DNA of 64,000 nucleotides from Selaginella moellendorffii (taxonomy: Eukaryota; Plantae; Lycopodiophyta): the NCBI RefSeq assembly GCF_000143415.4, contig NW_003314261.1:4504691-4568690 (forward strand), given 5' to 3'. A program made the position numbers and the translations under genes. Shown one piece after another: positions 39,182 through 51,582 of this stretch (position 1 is its first letter; every line of letters begins with the position of its first letter). The notes under the pieces were generated by a model that saw only the letters and a list, made by a program, of their open reading frames with translations, was not told the DNA's origin and ran no database searches.

Positions 39182-40060
39182 ATGCCAGGCATTTCGATTG
39201 GAGATGAGATTCCGGACATCCACGCCGACTCTACTCACGGCCCCATAAATCTTCACGAGTTTTGCAAGAACAACTGGACGCTCGTCTTCTCTCATCCCGG
39301 TAAGAACGTTCTTGTTCCAAGAAGGCAAAAAAAAGAAGCATTTTGCTTCCCCTTCTTTCAGCTGACTTCACTCCGGTTTGCACCACCGAGCTCGGGAGCG
39401 TCGCCAAGTACCAGCCCGAGATCGAGAAGCGAGGAGCCAAGCTGCTGGGCCTCTCCTGTGATACCGTCGAGGAGCACAAGGCCTGGACCAAGGATGTCGA
39501 AGCTTACACGGTGCGCGTCTTCCAACTCTCGCTGCAGTGCAGTGATCTTATACCTATACCTTCCATCTGTTTTCTCTGTGACTCCGGGAACTAGACTGGA
39601 GCTTGCGTCAAGTACCCCATCATGGCCGATCCGACCCGGGAGATCTCCAGGAAGCTCAACATGCTCGATCCGGACGAGAAAGATTCCTCGGGCCAGCCGG
39701 TTGCTTCGAGGGCTCTTCACATCGTCGGTCCTGACTGTCGGGTAGGATCCTTTGCATGCTTTCGCTTCTCATCGTCTTCGTTTCATGCGTTGTCTCTTCT
39801 CTCTCTTGCAGATCAGGGTGAGCTTCATGTATCCTGCCTCGGTTGGACGCAACTTTGACGAGGTGATCCGCGTGCTGGATGCGCTGCAGCTCTCCTCCAA
39901 GCACAAGATTGCCTGCCCCGTTAACTGGAAGCCCGGCGATCACGTCGTCATCTCCCCCTCGGTTTCCGACGAGGAGGCCAAGAAGATGTTCCCCCAGGGA
40001 TACAAGACGGTCGATCTTCCTTCCGGGAAGAAGTACATGCGTCTTGTCAAGGTGGATTAG
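39182..40060 (+). CDS. PER1: 1-Cys peroxiredoxin, 4 exons
   Basis: [44 protein letters not shown]. Confidence 0.96.
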
Positions 40061-40349
40061 ATGTGTGAAGTCCTGAGTCTTATATGACTTATCTGCGTGG
40101 AAGTAATAATATTAGTAGAGCTTGTTAAGAACTAGCTTCTGCATGCTTGAAGAACCAGCTAACATGATTGAAGAACCAGCTAACGTGCTTGAAGGTAGTA
40201 GAGAACCACTTCGCATCATCTTATTCTTGAGTAGCGTCATAGTTGTCATAGGAACGAGAGGAACAGTTCCATCTTGATCTAGAAAACCCAAAACAAAACG
40301 GGAAAAATTCGACTTGGAAGTCTTGGAAAAAGAAACTTTCTTACGACTT

Positions 40350-40754
40350 TTATCCTGCTCGGAGCTTGTTGATTCGTGGCAGCTGCTGCTGCTGCTGGAG
40401 GTTCTGGTTTTGCTGGAGATCGAGAGGCCTCTTGAAGAGCATGATGTGAGGCTCGGGCCTGTGGATGGCGTAATGTACCCATCCCCGGGATTGCTGGACG
40501 CCAAGAGCACGCCACTGCTCCTGGAAAAGCAACGAAAAGCTTGAATAAGGAATGGATCGATCACGGTGGTTGCATACCTCTGTCAGGAGTTTGTTTTTCG
40601 GGAGATTCTTTGCGATGTCTGGAGGGAGCACTACGTGCCTGGAAAGAGAGCATGGCGCGATACTGGAATGGAAGAAGCGCTAGGGTTACCTGTACTCGTA
40701 GACATCGTCGTTGTAGCGCTCGGAGTAGTAGATTTCGGTCGTCTGGCCCCCCAT
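40350..40754 (-). CDS. CKS1: Cyclin-dependent kinase regulatory subunit, 3 exons
   Basis: [61 protein letters not shown]. Confidence 0.95.
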
Positions 40755-41620
40755 TCTCTCGATCCTGGCCCCGACGCAAGGGATTTACAAAACCGCGAGA
40801 CGAGTCGATCGAGCGAGCGAGATAAGAGAGAGAGAAACCTGGAAGACGATTGCCGCTCGAAGAAAACCCTGATGGATAGACGCCCGAATTCTAAGCGGGA
40901 AGTGGTCGTCTATCAAATGCCACAATGCCACGTGTTAGGGCACTTTCCAACGGGTAGTTCCATCTCGTCCGTCGGTGTAATCGACGATCGACAGCTCCAA
41001 TTTGCCCTAATGCTGGAGAAATTTTTCCACGCGAATCTCTGCGATGACCAAAGGATTTTCTTGGCGCGGCTCCAAAATCCGCGGAAGCACGATCGCTCGC
41101 GGCGATCAAATGTACAGATCAAGTGCAGGGGTAAGCGCTCATACTTCCAGTGTGTGTGCAAATTTGTGTAAAAAGATTTGGTCCTCGCAAGTGCGCTGCC
41201 GGTGATGCCGCCCTCGTTTTCCAGCGCCAAATTTGTGTGCGCGATGCGATGCCATGGACTTTGGACTTACAGTTGAGCTAATCCATCGTTTCTTTCTCTC
41301 GTGTTTCTTTCTCCAGGCCCTTTGGCTTTTGCCATTAGCTTTAAGTCAGCGCCATGGGCATAATGCGACACGCTCTTGCGGCCCAGTCACACTCTTTTCG
41401 CCATCCTCCGTCCAGCAGCTAAGTCTTTCAATGCTTATAAATTTTCCCAGGCAGTCAGTTCGTTGGAAATCAATCGCTGCTATTAATCGCGGTTCCAGCT
41501 TGCAGGGAAGCTCCCTCCTCATGGTGGAGGATCGAGGCTAGAATTTTTCGGGCATTACGTACTCGAGTCATCGAGCGAACAAGGAGGTAACTTCGGTTTT
41601 TTTGAGTTTTCAAGTCAGTC

Positions 41621-43257
41621 ATGAGCACGGTGGTGGATTTCCTGAGCTCGGCACAGGGATGGAACGCTGCGTGCATGGTTGCGGCAGCGCTGGTCTGTGT
41701 TGTATCGGTGATGCTGGGAAGAAAAGAGAACAGGAATTTGCCGCCAGGTCCTCCCGGCTGGCCGATCATCGGGAACTTAATGCAGCTCGGTCCCCTTCCA
41801 CACAGGACAATGGCTGGCTGGTGCCAAAAGTATGGACCTCTCGTCTACTGCAGGCTTGGCTCCACTCCGACCATCACCGCTAGCTCGCCTCAGATGATCC
41901 GGGAGCTGCTGTGGACTCAGGACGAAACTTTCGCGTCTCGGCCGAGAACTACTGCCGGAAAGCTCATGGCTTACCACGACCAGAACGTCGGGCTGGCTCC
42001 TTATGATGCTCACTGGAAGCTGATGAGGAGGATTTGCGTGGAGCACTTGCTGACAACGCGAAGGATGGAAGGCTTCCAGAAGAGCAGGGCGGAGGAAGCT
42101 CGCGACCTGGTACAGATTATGTTCAAGGAGGCCAAGGCTGAGAACACCATCAACATGAGGGAGCACTTGGGAGGCTACACCATGAACGTGGTGACCAGGA
42201 TGCTGATTGGAAAGAGGTACTTTGGAACCGAGTCCATGGGTGAGAAGGAGGCCACCGATTTTCGGGAGCTCATACACGCGGCGATTGTCCTGCATGGAGT
42301 TTTCTACATTCCGGATCACGTACCTCTCCTCAAGTGGATTGATCCCAACGGTTACAGGCGCCTGTTTAAGAAGATGGGGACGCGAATGGACGACTACTAT
42401 AGCTACATTGTCGAGGAGCACCGGAAGAGGCAGCGAAATGGTGAAGTGGTCGACGGTCCTAAGGACTTTGTGGACGTTCTTCTCGGCCTGGCTGGTGAGA
42501 ACAGCGAGCTGCATCTCAACGACGTGGAGATCAAAGCACTGATACAGGTAAAAAAGAGTTTTTTCTTTGTTCTTTCGTATTACAAGGCAGTAAAGCTTTC
42601 TCGCAGGATATGGTCGTGGGGGGCACCGATACCGCGTCCTTCACTATGGAGTGGTTTATGCTCGAGATGATCCGGAACCCGAAAGTCATGCGGAAAGTGC
42701 AGGCGGAGCTAGACTCGGTGCTGCAAAAGAAGGCCACCAACAAGCACTTGCTGGAAGAGTCGGACCTGGCGAGCCTCGACTACCTGAGAGCAGCGGTCAA
42801 GGAAACTTTCAGGATTCACCCGGTTGGCGGCTTCCTCATACCTCACGAGTCGATCCGGGACACCAAAGTTGCCGGCTACCACGTCCCCAAAGGCTCGCTC
42901 ATCCTCATCAACACTCACGGTCTGGGAAGAAACGCCGCGGTGTGGGACAACGTCGACGAGTTCCGGCCCGAGAGGTTCCTCAGGCCCGAGGACAAAGTCC
43001 ACCTCCGCGACTCCGAGTACCGCGTCATTCCATTTGGCTCCGGCAAGCGCGCGTGCCCCGGTGCGCAGCTCGGGCAGTCGATGCTCCTCCTCGGCCTGGG
43101 ACGACTTCTTCACGGCTTCGACTGGTTTCCACCGCCGGGAACGAGCAGGGAAGACATCGACGTTATGGAAGCTTACGGGCTCACAACGCCGCCGAGAACT
43201 CCGTTGCGAGCAGTGGCGAAAGCTCGTCTGGATCAGAGCTTCTACTCTTTCCATTGA
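41621..43257 (+). CDS. Cytochrome P450, CYP703 family-like; one intron 42548-42606
   Basis: LPPGPPGWPIIGNL.QLGPLPHR, QDETFASRPRT, HWKLMRRICVEHLLTTRR, NVVTRMLIGKRYFG resemble CYP703; KETFR, PERF and PFGSGKRACPG heme motifs. Confidence 0.85.
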
Positions 43258-43564
43258 TCGAGAGAAGTTCCTCCCTGGAGCTCGGCTGGATCACGTAAAA
43301 GTTCGATCGTAGTGGAATAAAAATCAAGGGAGGTCGCTCGCTACTTTTGGAGCGATCTAGCCAGGAAAAGAGAAGAAAAAGCGATGTTAAAAAGCTTGCT
43401 TTTCTTTCGACCGAGATAGAGCTAACTAATGTGTGTGTCGCCTTCGATACTTCTCTTTCACAAGGATCTCAAAGATCTCTCATGACTAACGGGAGTGTCG
43501 ATCGTGGCCGTCGATGAAAGGTCCAAAAAAATAGGTTGAAAGTAGTAGTAGCTTCACTCCGCCC

Positions 43565-45434
43565 ATGGCGAGCAGGAACAATGCCGCCGCTGGTGGCGGC
43601 GGCACGGCATCTCCGATTCTCGGCGGCGCTGCTGGCGGCGGCGGCGTGAGCAGGCGCGCAGGCGCGCTGTGGCGGCTGCTGGTGGCGATTGCGATCCTCC
43701 TCGTGGTCGGCGAGACTGTGATGCTCCTCCGCGTCGATCTGCTGGGGAATGCGAGGAGCGCGCTGCGCTTCACGGAGAGGAGGATTTCCGGCTCCAGGGA
43801 TCGCTGCGAGGATTGGCTCGAGGATCAGGACCGGGTGAGTACTTTGCGCGATTTCGACAAGGATCCAGTGCGCGTCGATTTCTCCGAGACACAGGTAAGT
43901 GATATTTCGGGCTCTACTCGAGTTACTGGCGATGATCTCTGGGGGTCGTGTTCTTCCAGGGGACCGACAATTGCGCGGTGAGATGCCAATTTGGGGTGAT
44001 CACCATGGCCACGAGGAAGCGCGTGGATGCGGTCTTTGGTCTCAGTGCCGACGAGGGGGTTGCTCGTGTTGCACGGACGATGGAGTCTAGTCAATACTAC
44101 TCCGAGTTTGAGCTAAACACTGCTCGAAGGTTTGTGTGTCTTTGATTCCAAGTTATCGCGAGTAACGTTTTGAGTGTTCTTGCAGTCACGGGTACACAGT
44201 CATTATGACGACGAGTCTGAAATCAGATGTTCCAGTCGGGTATTTTTCGTGGGCAGAGTACGATCTGATGGCTCCAGTCCAAGAGAAGACGGAGAAATCC
44301 TTGGCTGCCGCTTTCATCTCCAATTGTGGCGGCCATAACTTTCGGCTGGAAGCGATCACCAAACTCCAAGGCTATGGGGTTGCTGTGGATTCTTATGGAT
44401 CGTGTCTGACAAACGTCCATCGTTGTAAGTAGCTCGTTCTGCCGTTGTGTTTGGGATGCTGTTTTTAATCCGACACTTTTATTGTGTAGAGCAGCGGTGG
44501 AAAAAGTGGATGCATTGCGCCACTACAAGTTTAGCTTGGCGTTTGAAAACTCCAACGAGGAAGATTATGTGACTGAGAAGTTCTGGCAATCGCTCGAAGC
44601 TGGTATGTTTATCGGTGTTGTGCACTGATTGCTCATGGACAGTTCTGCAGGCTCCGTTCCGGTCGTTATTGGTGCACCAAACATTCAAAACTTTGCGCCT
44701 TCGCCAAACTCCATACTCTATCTTAAGTCGATAAAGGACGTGCAAGCAGTGGCCAAGCAAATGAAGTATCTTGCAAGAAATGCTACAGCGTACAATGAAA
44801 CTCTCCGGTATGCAGGCACGCTCGCTTCGAAACAGAGAATAGGGGACTAACCTGGTTGTTGGTTGGCCTTGCAGCTGGAAGTTTGAGGGACCAACGGATT
44901 CATTCAAAGCATTGATTGACATGGCTGCTGTTCACTCTTCATGCCGTCTCTGCATTCATGTAGCCACAGCTATCCACCAGAAGCAGGAACAAGAAGCGTT
45001 TCGTAGTCGCAATGCGTCCCGACCTTGTAAATGCAGCGTCGGCTCCACGACGACGTTCCATCTTTATGTCCGAGAGAGAGGAAGATTTCACCTGGAATCC
45101 ATCTTTTTAAGGTACACTTGGTCGCGACTTCGACTTCGACTTCCTTACATTCCAAGCACTGACTCGCTTTCATTACAACAGGTCTGACAACCTCTCGGTG
45201 GCTGCTCTCGAGGCAGCTATCATATCCAAGTTCAGCTCCAAAAACCACGTCCCAATCTGGAATGCTGCGCGTCCGGAGATGCTCAAGGCAAAAGGCCCGC
45301 TCAAAGTCCACAGAGTTTATCCAGTCGGGCTCACGCAAAGGGAAGCGCTATTCTCCTGGCAGTTCACAGACGAAGACCTCGTGAATCACATCGACGCGAA
45401 TCCCTGCGCCAAACTGGAGGTGATCTTCGTGTAG
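43565..45434 (+). CDS. Glycoprotein core alpha-1,3-fucosyltransferase (GT10, FucT/FUT11-12-like), multi-exon
   Basis: Type II TM segment; [81 protein letters not shown]. Confidence 0.95.
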
Positions 45435-45900
45435 AAGATCCCAAAAGCGACGAAGCAACGTTGCGGCTCCGGTTTTTCTTCGTCATCTAACAGGTAGAAG
45501 CAGCAGTTAACTTTTTTGGACACCCGTCACCGTGACAGGTCGAGGATTCCCGTTTACTTTTTTTTGGTAGCAGCGAGGGAAGAGCTCTCTCTCGCGGCGT
45601 GGACGAAAGGCGAAAAAGAGAAAAAGAAGCTTGATTGATCCGGTCGGAGGGAAGTTCTTGGTGCGCCGCTCACTCAAATCAATCGCGCAAAGAGGCTTTT
45701 GCGAGGGATTAATGAAAGAAAATGGGACTTTGACGAGTAGTGGTGCCACCATCTTTTCGGGGGCAGTAGTAACAAAATCAAAGGAAAACAGCACAAAGCA
45801 AAGCACTGATGGATCGAAGGATCACCACATGGAACTTTATAACCGACTCTCAACAATGATATATTCCACAAGCCATAGAGATAATAGTTTATACGTATGT

Positions 45901-45941
<41 letters not shown>

Positions 45942-46458
45942 AGATCCTAGAGAATAGAAGAACATTCTGATTGATTGATGTTAAATGTCTTGTACATTGG
46001 TCGGGGAGATTAAAAAATTTGTAGGAACAAAGATCAAGGCTATGGTTGGTCATCCATGTATGATCGCGATTATGTTAAACTGCCAGTGGCTGGAACGAAA
46101 AGGCTTTATGGTGGCGGCGAATCGTAATGTGGGGTTTGGACAGCTGAGATTCGTCGTGGATTCTCTGCCGGAATGGCCAGCTGGTGGAATGTGTGTGTGT
46201 GTGTGTGTGTGAGAACTTTGCCATGATTTTGGCTCGAGGATTTTCTTGTGGAACTTCTTGCTTTTATTTCCTCGGCCAAGAGCGCCAACGCCTCTGCGCA
46301 GCGCCCTAGGGTTTTCTCTCTCGATCGAGACGCCGACGACATCGCGGGAGCGAGAGAGCGCGATCGCTGATCTCTTTCTTCTTTCTTGGACCGATTTTTG
46401 TTGCTGTAGAGCACAGGTAGCTCGCGATCTTGTTGTGACTCGGTCTCGCGCAAGATCT

Positions 46459-47164
46459 ATGAGGAAGGCGGCCGAAATGCCGCCTTTGGATTGCGGCAGC
46501 AGCGAGCTCCTGTCCGTGGAATCCAGCAGGAGCACGCCCGCGCCCTTCTTGACCAAGACGTTCCAGCTCGTCGACGATCCCGGCTCGGACGATATCGTGT
46601 CGTGGGGCAGCGATGGCACCACATTCGTCGTGTGGAAGCCGCCCGAGTTCGCCACCGATTTGCTCCCCAGCTACTTCAAGCACAACAACTTCTCGAGCTT
46701 CGTCCGGCAGCTCAACACATATGTGAGTTCCATTCCAAGCTCTTGTTTGTTCGTTCGCTCGCTTTGCCTTCCTATCTTTCTCTCGTTCTTCCACCGAGCG
46801 TTTTGCTTTGATCCTTGCAAGAGTCTCTCTGGCAACTCACTCACATTGCAACAATGCTGTGTGCAGGGATTCCGCAAGGTGGTTCCCGATCGCTGGGAAT
46901 TCGCGAACGAGTTCTTCCGCAAGGGGGAGCGCCAGCTACTGTCGGAGATCCACCGGAGGAAGACGCCGCACTTGGTTTCGAATGGGATGCCGCTCATGGC
47001 GTGGAGCGACGATCACCTGGCCTCCTCGTACATGCCGGTGCTGCCTTACATGGACACCGCGTCGCTGCTGAGCGAGGACAACGAGAGGCTCCGCCGCGAG
47101 AATTTGCTGCTCACCAACGAGCTCCTGCGCCTCCAGAAGCTCTACGAGCACGCCGTGACTTTCA

Positions 47165-47195
<31 letters not shown>

Positions 47196-47694
47196 CGGCA
47201 AGCTCGGAAGCACGGGATCGTTTCTTCGCAGCAGCAAAGAGTACTACGAATTCACGAGCTCCAAGAGGATGGTCATGACGACCACCGACGCGATGATCCT
47301 CGACAGCGGCTTGGCGAGGGTGGCCTCCGCGGGAGATCGAGTGGCAGCGCTCGCCGCCAAGGACGAGAAGCCCAGCTACAACAATTCCTCGTCCTCGGGC
47401 TGCACGGACGAGTCGAGCGTCTCGGCGGCGGCGGCGGTGGTGGATTGCAGCACCACTCCCACCGCGTCCACGATCGCGTTCGTGGACGTGAAGCTCCGGG
47501 AGATGGCCGCGCACGCCGCCAGTGAAGAACACCGCCACCACCACCGTCGTCGAGACGACGATCAGGAAGACGATGGTCTGGGAGGAGCAGGAGGAGGAGG
47601 AGGAGGTCCAAAGCTGTTTGGAGTGTCGCTGGGCAGGAAAAGGCCTCGCGGCCCAACACCCGACTGGACAGAAACCAGCCATCAACAATCTTAG
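46459..47694 (+). CDS. Class B heat-shock transcription factor (HsfB4/SCZ-like); intron 46723-46866
   Basis: [46 protein letters not shown]; [15 protein letters not shown]; KLFGV repressor motif; RKR NLS. Confidence 0.93.
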
Positions 47695-49500
47695 AGAGAA
47701 TCTCAAGGTGCTCGGGCTCGGGTCAGTTTTTCTTTTTTCATTTTCTTTTGCTTTTCTCGTTAGTGTTCTTCCTGTTCTTCGAGATCGAGCTAACATCCGC
47801 AGCGATTCTTACAGTTAAAAAAGAGGCTCCTTTCCTTCTCCCTAGACTAGATCACTGGAGGACTACCGGACTGGAGGACGCACTCTCACTGCTTCTAAGC
47901 TAAGCTCCCAGGCTCTACACTAACAAACACACACTTGTAACGCAGATGGATCTAGCTTCTAGGCCACAGCGAGATCTCTCTCTCTCTCTCGAGAGGGTTA
48001 CGTATCATCCCAGATCGACGAGGGACTTGGAGAAAAGAGAGAGAGAATCCAAATCAATCTTTTGATCCAAGAAGTGGTGTTTGTGTCTTTGTGGAGTTTC
48101 TCTCCCCGGATTTTGATTAGTTCCTTGGGCTGCAAGGGACGTCCGTACGCTGGCAGCGTGTTGTTTTATCGTATCAACGTCCCTTTCGGAGGATTAAGAG
48201 GAGAAATCCATCTCCGCGCCCCACGCTCTTGGCACTGGGCTGACCCGCCGACGAAGCAAAGAAGAGCGAGAGAAGAGAGACGAACATCGCAATCGTGGTG
48301 TTTAGAACAAAGGCATTTACAAAGCCATTGACCTTGGGCGGGCATTTGTGGCGTGGATGGGGGCATTCTTGCGTTGGAGTGGCGACTCGGCATTGAATCG
48401 CATCAATGCCCCTGCTTGGGCGAAAATGGGAATTTCTTTTCTCTCTCTCTCTCTTGTTCCTCGCTCCATCCATCCAGTCAATGCATTCCAATCGACCCAA
48501 TCCAATCAAGCCCATCCAATCAAGCCACCATCACATTCGCGCCCTCTGCGAATTGTTTAGGGCTGGAGAGGGGTTTAAGTGAGGTTTATACAGTGAATTA
48601 ATAGTAAATTCTCAAAACCATTTGAGGTAGCTTCTTCTCTTTGGATGTTCTACTCCTCCTATGATATGGCATTATGCTCGTATAAATGCCGTGACAAGTG
48701 ATAAGGTGATGATCATCGAGATCAAGCTTTGCCAAGCTGCTGATAAGCTCGATTGCGAAAGAGCGAGCATTTGACACCCTGACTGACCGGGCCTTGTAAC
48801 TTACTGACTGGAAGGTGGAAGAGACAAAGTGTGTACTTTGGATCCTGCGTCTCCAAGCAAAGCTCCCGTGAGAAAACGCGCTCTCCCTGCCAAACACCCA
48901 GCGGTTCATGTCCGATCTAAAAGAAAAAAAATACTCACCTTTTTTTACCATTTCTTTTTCGTTTCCACCTCTACTTCTCGTGACAAAGGACGAGGGCTAA
49001 ATCGCCGCCGGACAAGGAAGAAGAGATTTTGCGTACGGCACGAGCGTACTTGGAACACAGTAAAGAAGGCTGTGTGTGTGTTCCAAATGCCGGCTGTGTA
49101 AGCTATGGGCCAGGGCTAGAGCTCAGCTAGCTACACTCTAGCGATATGGAGGCTCTAGAAGAATGCGATAAATCCATAGTTTCATATGCCAATCCATCAT
49201 CCATTATCCATCCATGATCCATCCATCCTGGACAAATAGAGTGTGGAGGAGAACATATAGGCTAAGGTAGTTATTGACACACACATACCTTGCATGCTAT
49301 GGCACGCAAAACAGTCTCACTGCCTGGTTAGGGGTTCGATTCCTGTTGCCTCACTTTAACTTAACCTCTTAGGTCAACAATTTATCTCATGACGTAACTT
49401 TTTTAAATGTAAAAAAGTAACACCATGCGCTTTTAAATTTGAAATGAACGTTAGTGGAGAGCCAGGAGCCCTAATTAGGGCTTGTGGAGCTGGGGCAGGG

Positions 49501-50700
49501 ATGGGCGGTGGCAGCAGCGGCGGCAGCAGCAGCCGGGACGAGTTTGGGCGCATCGTGGCCAAGATGGCGGTCGCGCAGATCTGCGAATCGGTAGGCTTCC
49601 ACTCGATCCAGGCGTCGGCCATGGAGACGCTGGCGGACGTGGCCATCCGCTACCTCCGCGACCTCGCCCGCGCCGCGCACTTCTACTCCAACCTCGCCGC
49701 GCGCATCGAGAGCAACGCCTTCGATTTGATCATGGCCATGGAGGACGTCGGCCCCGCGCCGCCGGCCGCCGACCCCTCCCGCCCCATCGCCCGGAGCTCC
49801 GCGCTGCGCGAGGTGATGCGTTTCGTGGAGTACAGCGAGGAGATTCCATTCGCGCGGCCGCTGCCGCGATTCCCCGTGGCCAAGAAGAGGCTCGCGGCGC
49901 CCAGCTTCGCGCAGCTCGGGGAGGCCCCGCCAGGATCACACATACCGTCGTGGCTCCCGGCTCTTCCAGACCCACACACGTACCGCCACACGCCCGTGTG
50001 GCCCGATCGCAAGAGAGAGCCCGCCGCTAATCGCCTGGAGCAAGCTCGGCAGCGCCGAAAGGCCGAGAGCTCTCTCGTCGCGCTCCACTCGCGGCTCTCG
50101 TCCACGGCGAGCATGGTTTTCAAAGACAGGGAGAAGGAGAACAGTGGCAGTGAAGAGAATGGGAGTGGGAGTGGGAGTGGGAATGCTTTCCTGGCGCCGC
50201 CGCTAGCGGCCGGGGCCAAGGAGCTCATGGTGGTCCAGTTTGGAGGATTCAAGGACGGAGGTGGCGGGGAGAATGCCGGGGTGGTGCCGCAGGTTCCTTC
50301 TATCGTGGAGGCGTTTGCGTCGGTGGTGGAGTCTGCGAGTAATGGTAATGGTGACGGTGGTCTCGAGATCCAGGACGGTGGTGGTGGCAATGAGAATGGA
50401 TTGGCTCTGGTGGAGCAGTCACAGCCGCAGCCGCAGCCACAGCAAAAGAAAGGCGAGCTTTTGGAGAGTAACCGGAGCCAGAGAGTGGTACTGAGCTTCG
50501 ACTTTGGTGGCAAGGCGGGTTCCAAGGGGGTGTTTGCGAAGAGGATCCTGGCGGCGAGCAAGCAACAGCAGCAGCAGCAGCAGCAGCTTCTCAAGCGGCA
50601 GAGATCGTCGGTTGCAAACGCCGAGGATGATAAGGACGAGAGGAAGAAGCGAGCCGAACAGATAATCACACAGGGAATGGACACCATGGCCGCTTCGTGA
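49501..50700 (+). CDS. TAF8: TFIID subunit 8 (BTP histone-fold plus TAF8 C-terminal), intronless
   Basis: DEFGRIVAKMAVAQICESVGF, HIPSWLPALPDPHTY, EQARQRRKAESSL. Confidence 0.9.
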   Translation: MGGGSSGGSSSRDEFGRIVAKMAVAQICESVGFHSIQASAMETLADVAIRYLRDLARAAHFYSNLAARIESNAFDLIMAMEDVGPAPPAADPSRPIARSSALREVMRFVEYSEEIPFARPLPRFPVAKKRLAAPSFAQLGEAPPGSHIPSWLPALPDPHTYRHTPVWPDRKREPAANRLEQARQRRKAESSLVALHSRLSSTASMVFKDREKENSGSEENGSGSGSGNAFLAPPLAAGAKELMVVQFGGFKDGGGGENAGVVPQVPSIVEAFASVVESASNGNGDGGLEIQDGGGGNENGLALVEQSQPQPQPQQKKGELLESNRSQRVVLSFDFGGKAGSKGVFAKRILAASKQQQQQQQQLLKRQRSSVANAEDDKDERKKRAEQIITQGMDTMAAS

Positions 50701-50805
50701 TCGATTCTTTGCAATGGTGGAATAAGTTCTCCTACAGCGACAATCCGCCAAGCTTTCCAAGGTACACTTCACGAGTTTTTATTTACAAGGGGACGGGGGA
50801 TCACA

Positions 50806-51582
50806 CTATTGATCGGAATAGCGACGAGAGTCTCTATACTTGTGGACTTTCTTGCAGATGTAGATCATCGCGCAGAGGAGAGCCAGCGCGAGGATGAAGC
50901 CGACGGCTATGCCCGCCTTTTGGGCCGGAGTTGCAGGGGCTGGATCCACTGGAGTGATTGGAACACTCGGGGGTGGTGGACGAGGCTTTGGAAATGGTGG
51001 CGGTGGCGGTGGCGGTGGTCTCTTTGGGGGTGGAGGAGCGAACTTAGGCGGTGGTGGTGGCGTTGGTGTCCTTGGAGGTGGAGGGGCGATCTTAGGGGGT
51101 GGTGGTGGTAACCTTGGAGGTGGAGGACAGATCTTAGGAGCTGGAGGAGGCGTTGGAGGTGGTGGAGGATTGAGCTTGGGAGGTGGCGGACGAGTAGGCG
51201 GTGGTGGTGGCGGTGGAGGCGGTGGCGGAGGGGGAGATCTCCGTGGTGGTGGCGGCGGTGGTCTTCTAAATCCTGGATACGAAGGTGGCGATAAGTTTGC
51301 TCTTGGAGAGGGTGGGACGAACTTTGGATATGGTTTTGGAGGACTGTAGGGGCCTCCCGGCCTGGGATGTGAGAATGGTGGTGGACGTGGGAAGTAGTAA
51401 GGTGGAAATCCGGATCTCGGGGGTGGTGGTGCTGGAAATCCTACTTCTGGGAAGTCCTGCAAACCTGGATCATCGTCATCGTCTTCTAGTCCGTGGTGCT
51501 GGTAGTAGTAATCTGTCCAGCAAGCGGCACCTTGAAACAGGAAGAGAATGAAGACGCAGATCGCGCTCGTCGGAGATGTCAT
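50806..51582 (-). CDS. Proline-rich extensin-like protein with signal peptide and C-terminal TM helix
   Basis: Hydrophobic N-terminus, P4-P11 runs, KAGIAVGFILALALLCAMIYIC followed by a basic tail. Confidence 0.75.
   Translation of the reverse strand: MTSPTSAICVFILFLFQGAACWTDYYYQHHGLEDDDDDPGLQDFPEVGFPAPPPPRSGFPPYYFPRPPPFSHPRPGGPYSPPKPYPKFVPPSPRANLSPPSYPGFRRPPPPPPRRSPPPPPPPPPPPPPTRPPPPKLNPPPPPTPPPAPKICPPPPRLPPPPPKIAPPPPRTPTPPPPPKFAPPPPKRPPPPPPPPFPKPRPPPPSVPITPVDPAPATPAQKAGIAVGFILALALLCAMIYICKKVHKYRDSRRYSDQ

Noticed and set aside
48700-48790. GTGATGA...CTGA candidate C/D snoRNA
   Set aside because: No convincing terminal stem or rRNA-antisense element
49325-49350. GGTTCGATTCC tRNA T-loop/B-box
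   Set aside because: No A-box, acceptor stem or cloverleaf
49683-51349. Long antisense ORFs (343 aa opposite TAF8; Gly-rich 151 aa opposite the Pro-rich gene)
   Set aside because: GC-rich codon shadows; the opposite strand carries the recognisable domains or the signal peptide and TM helix
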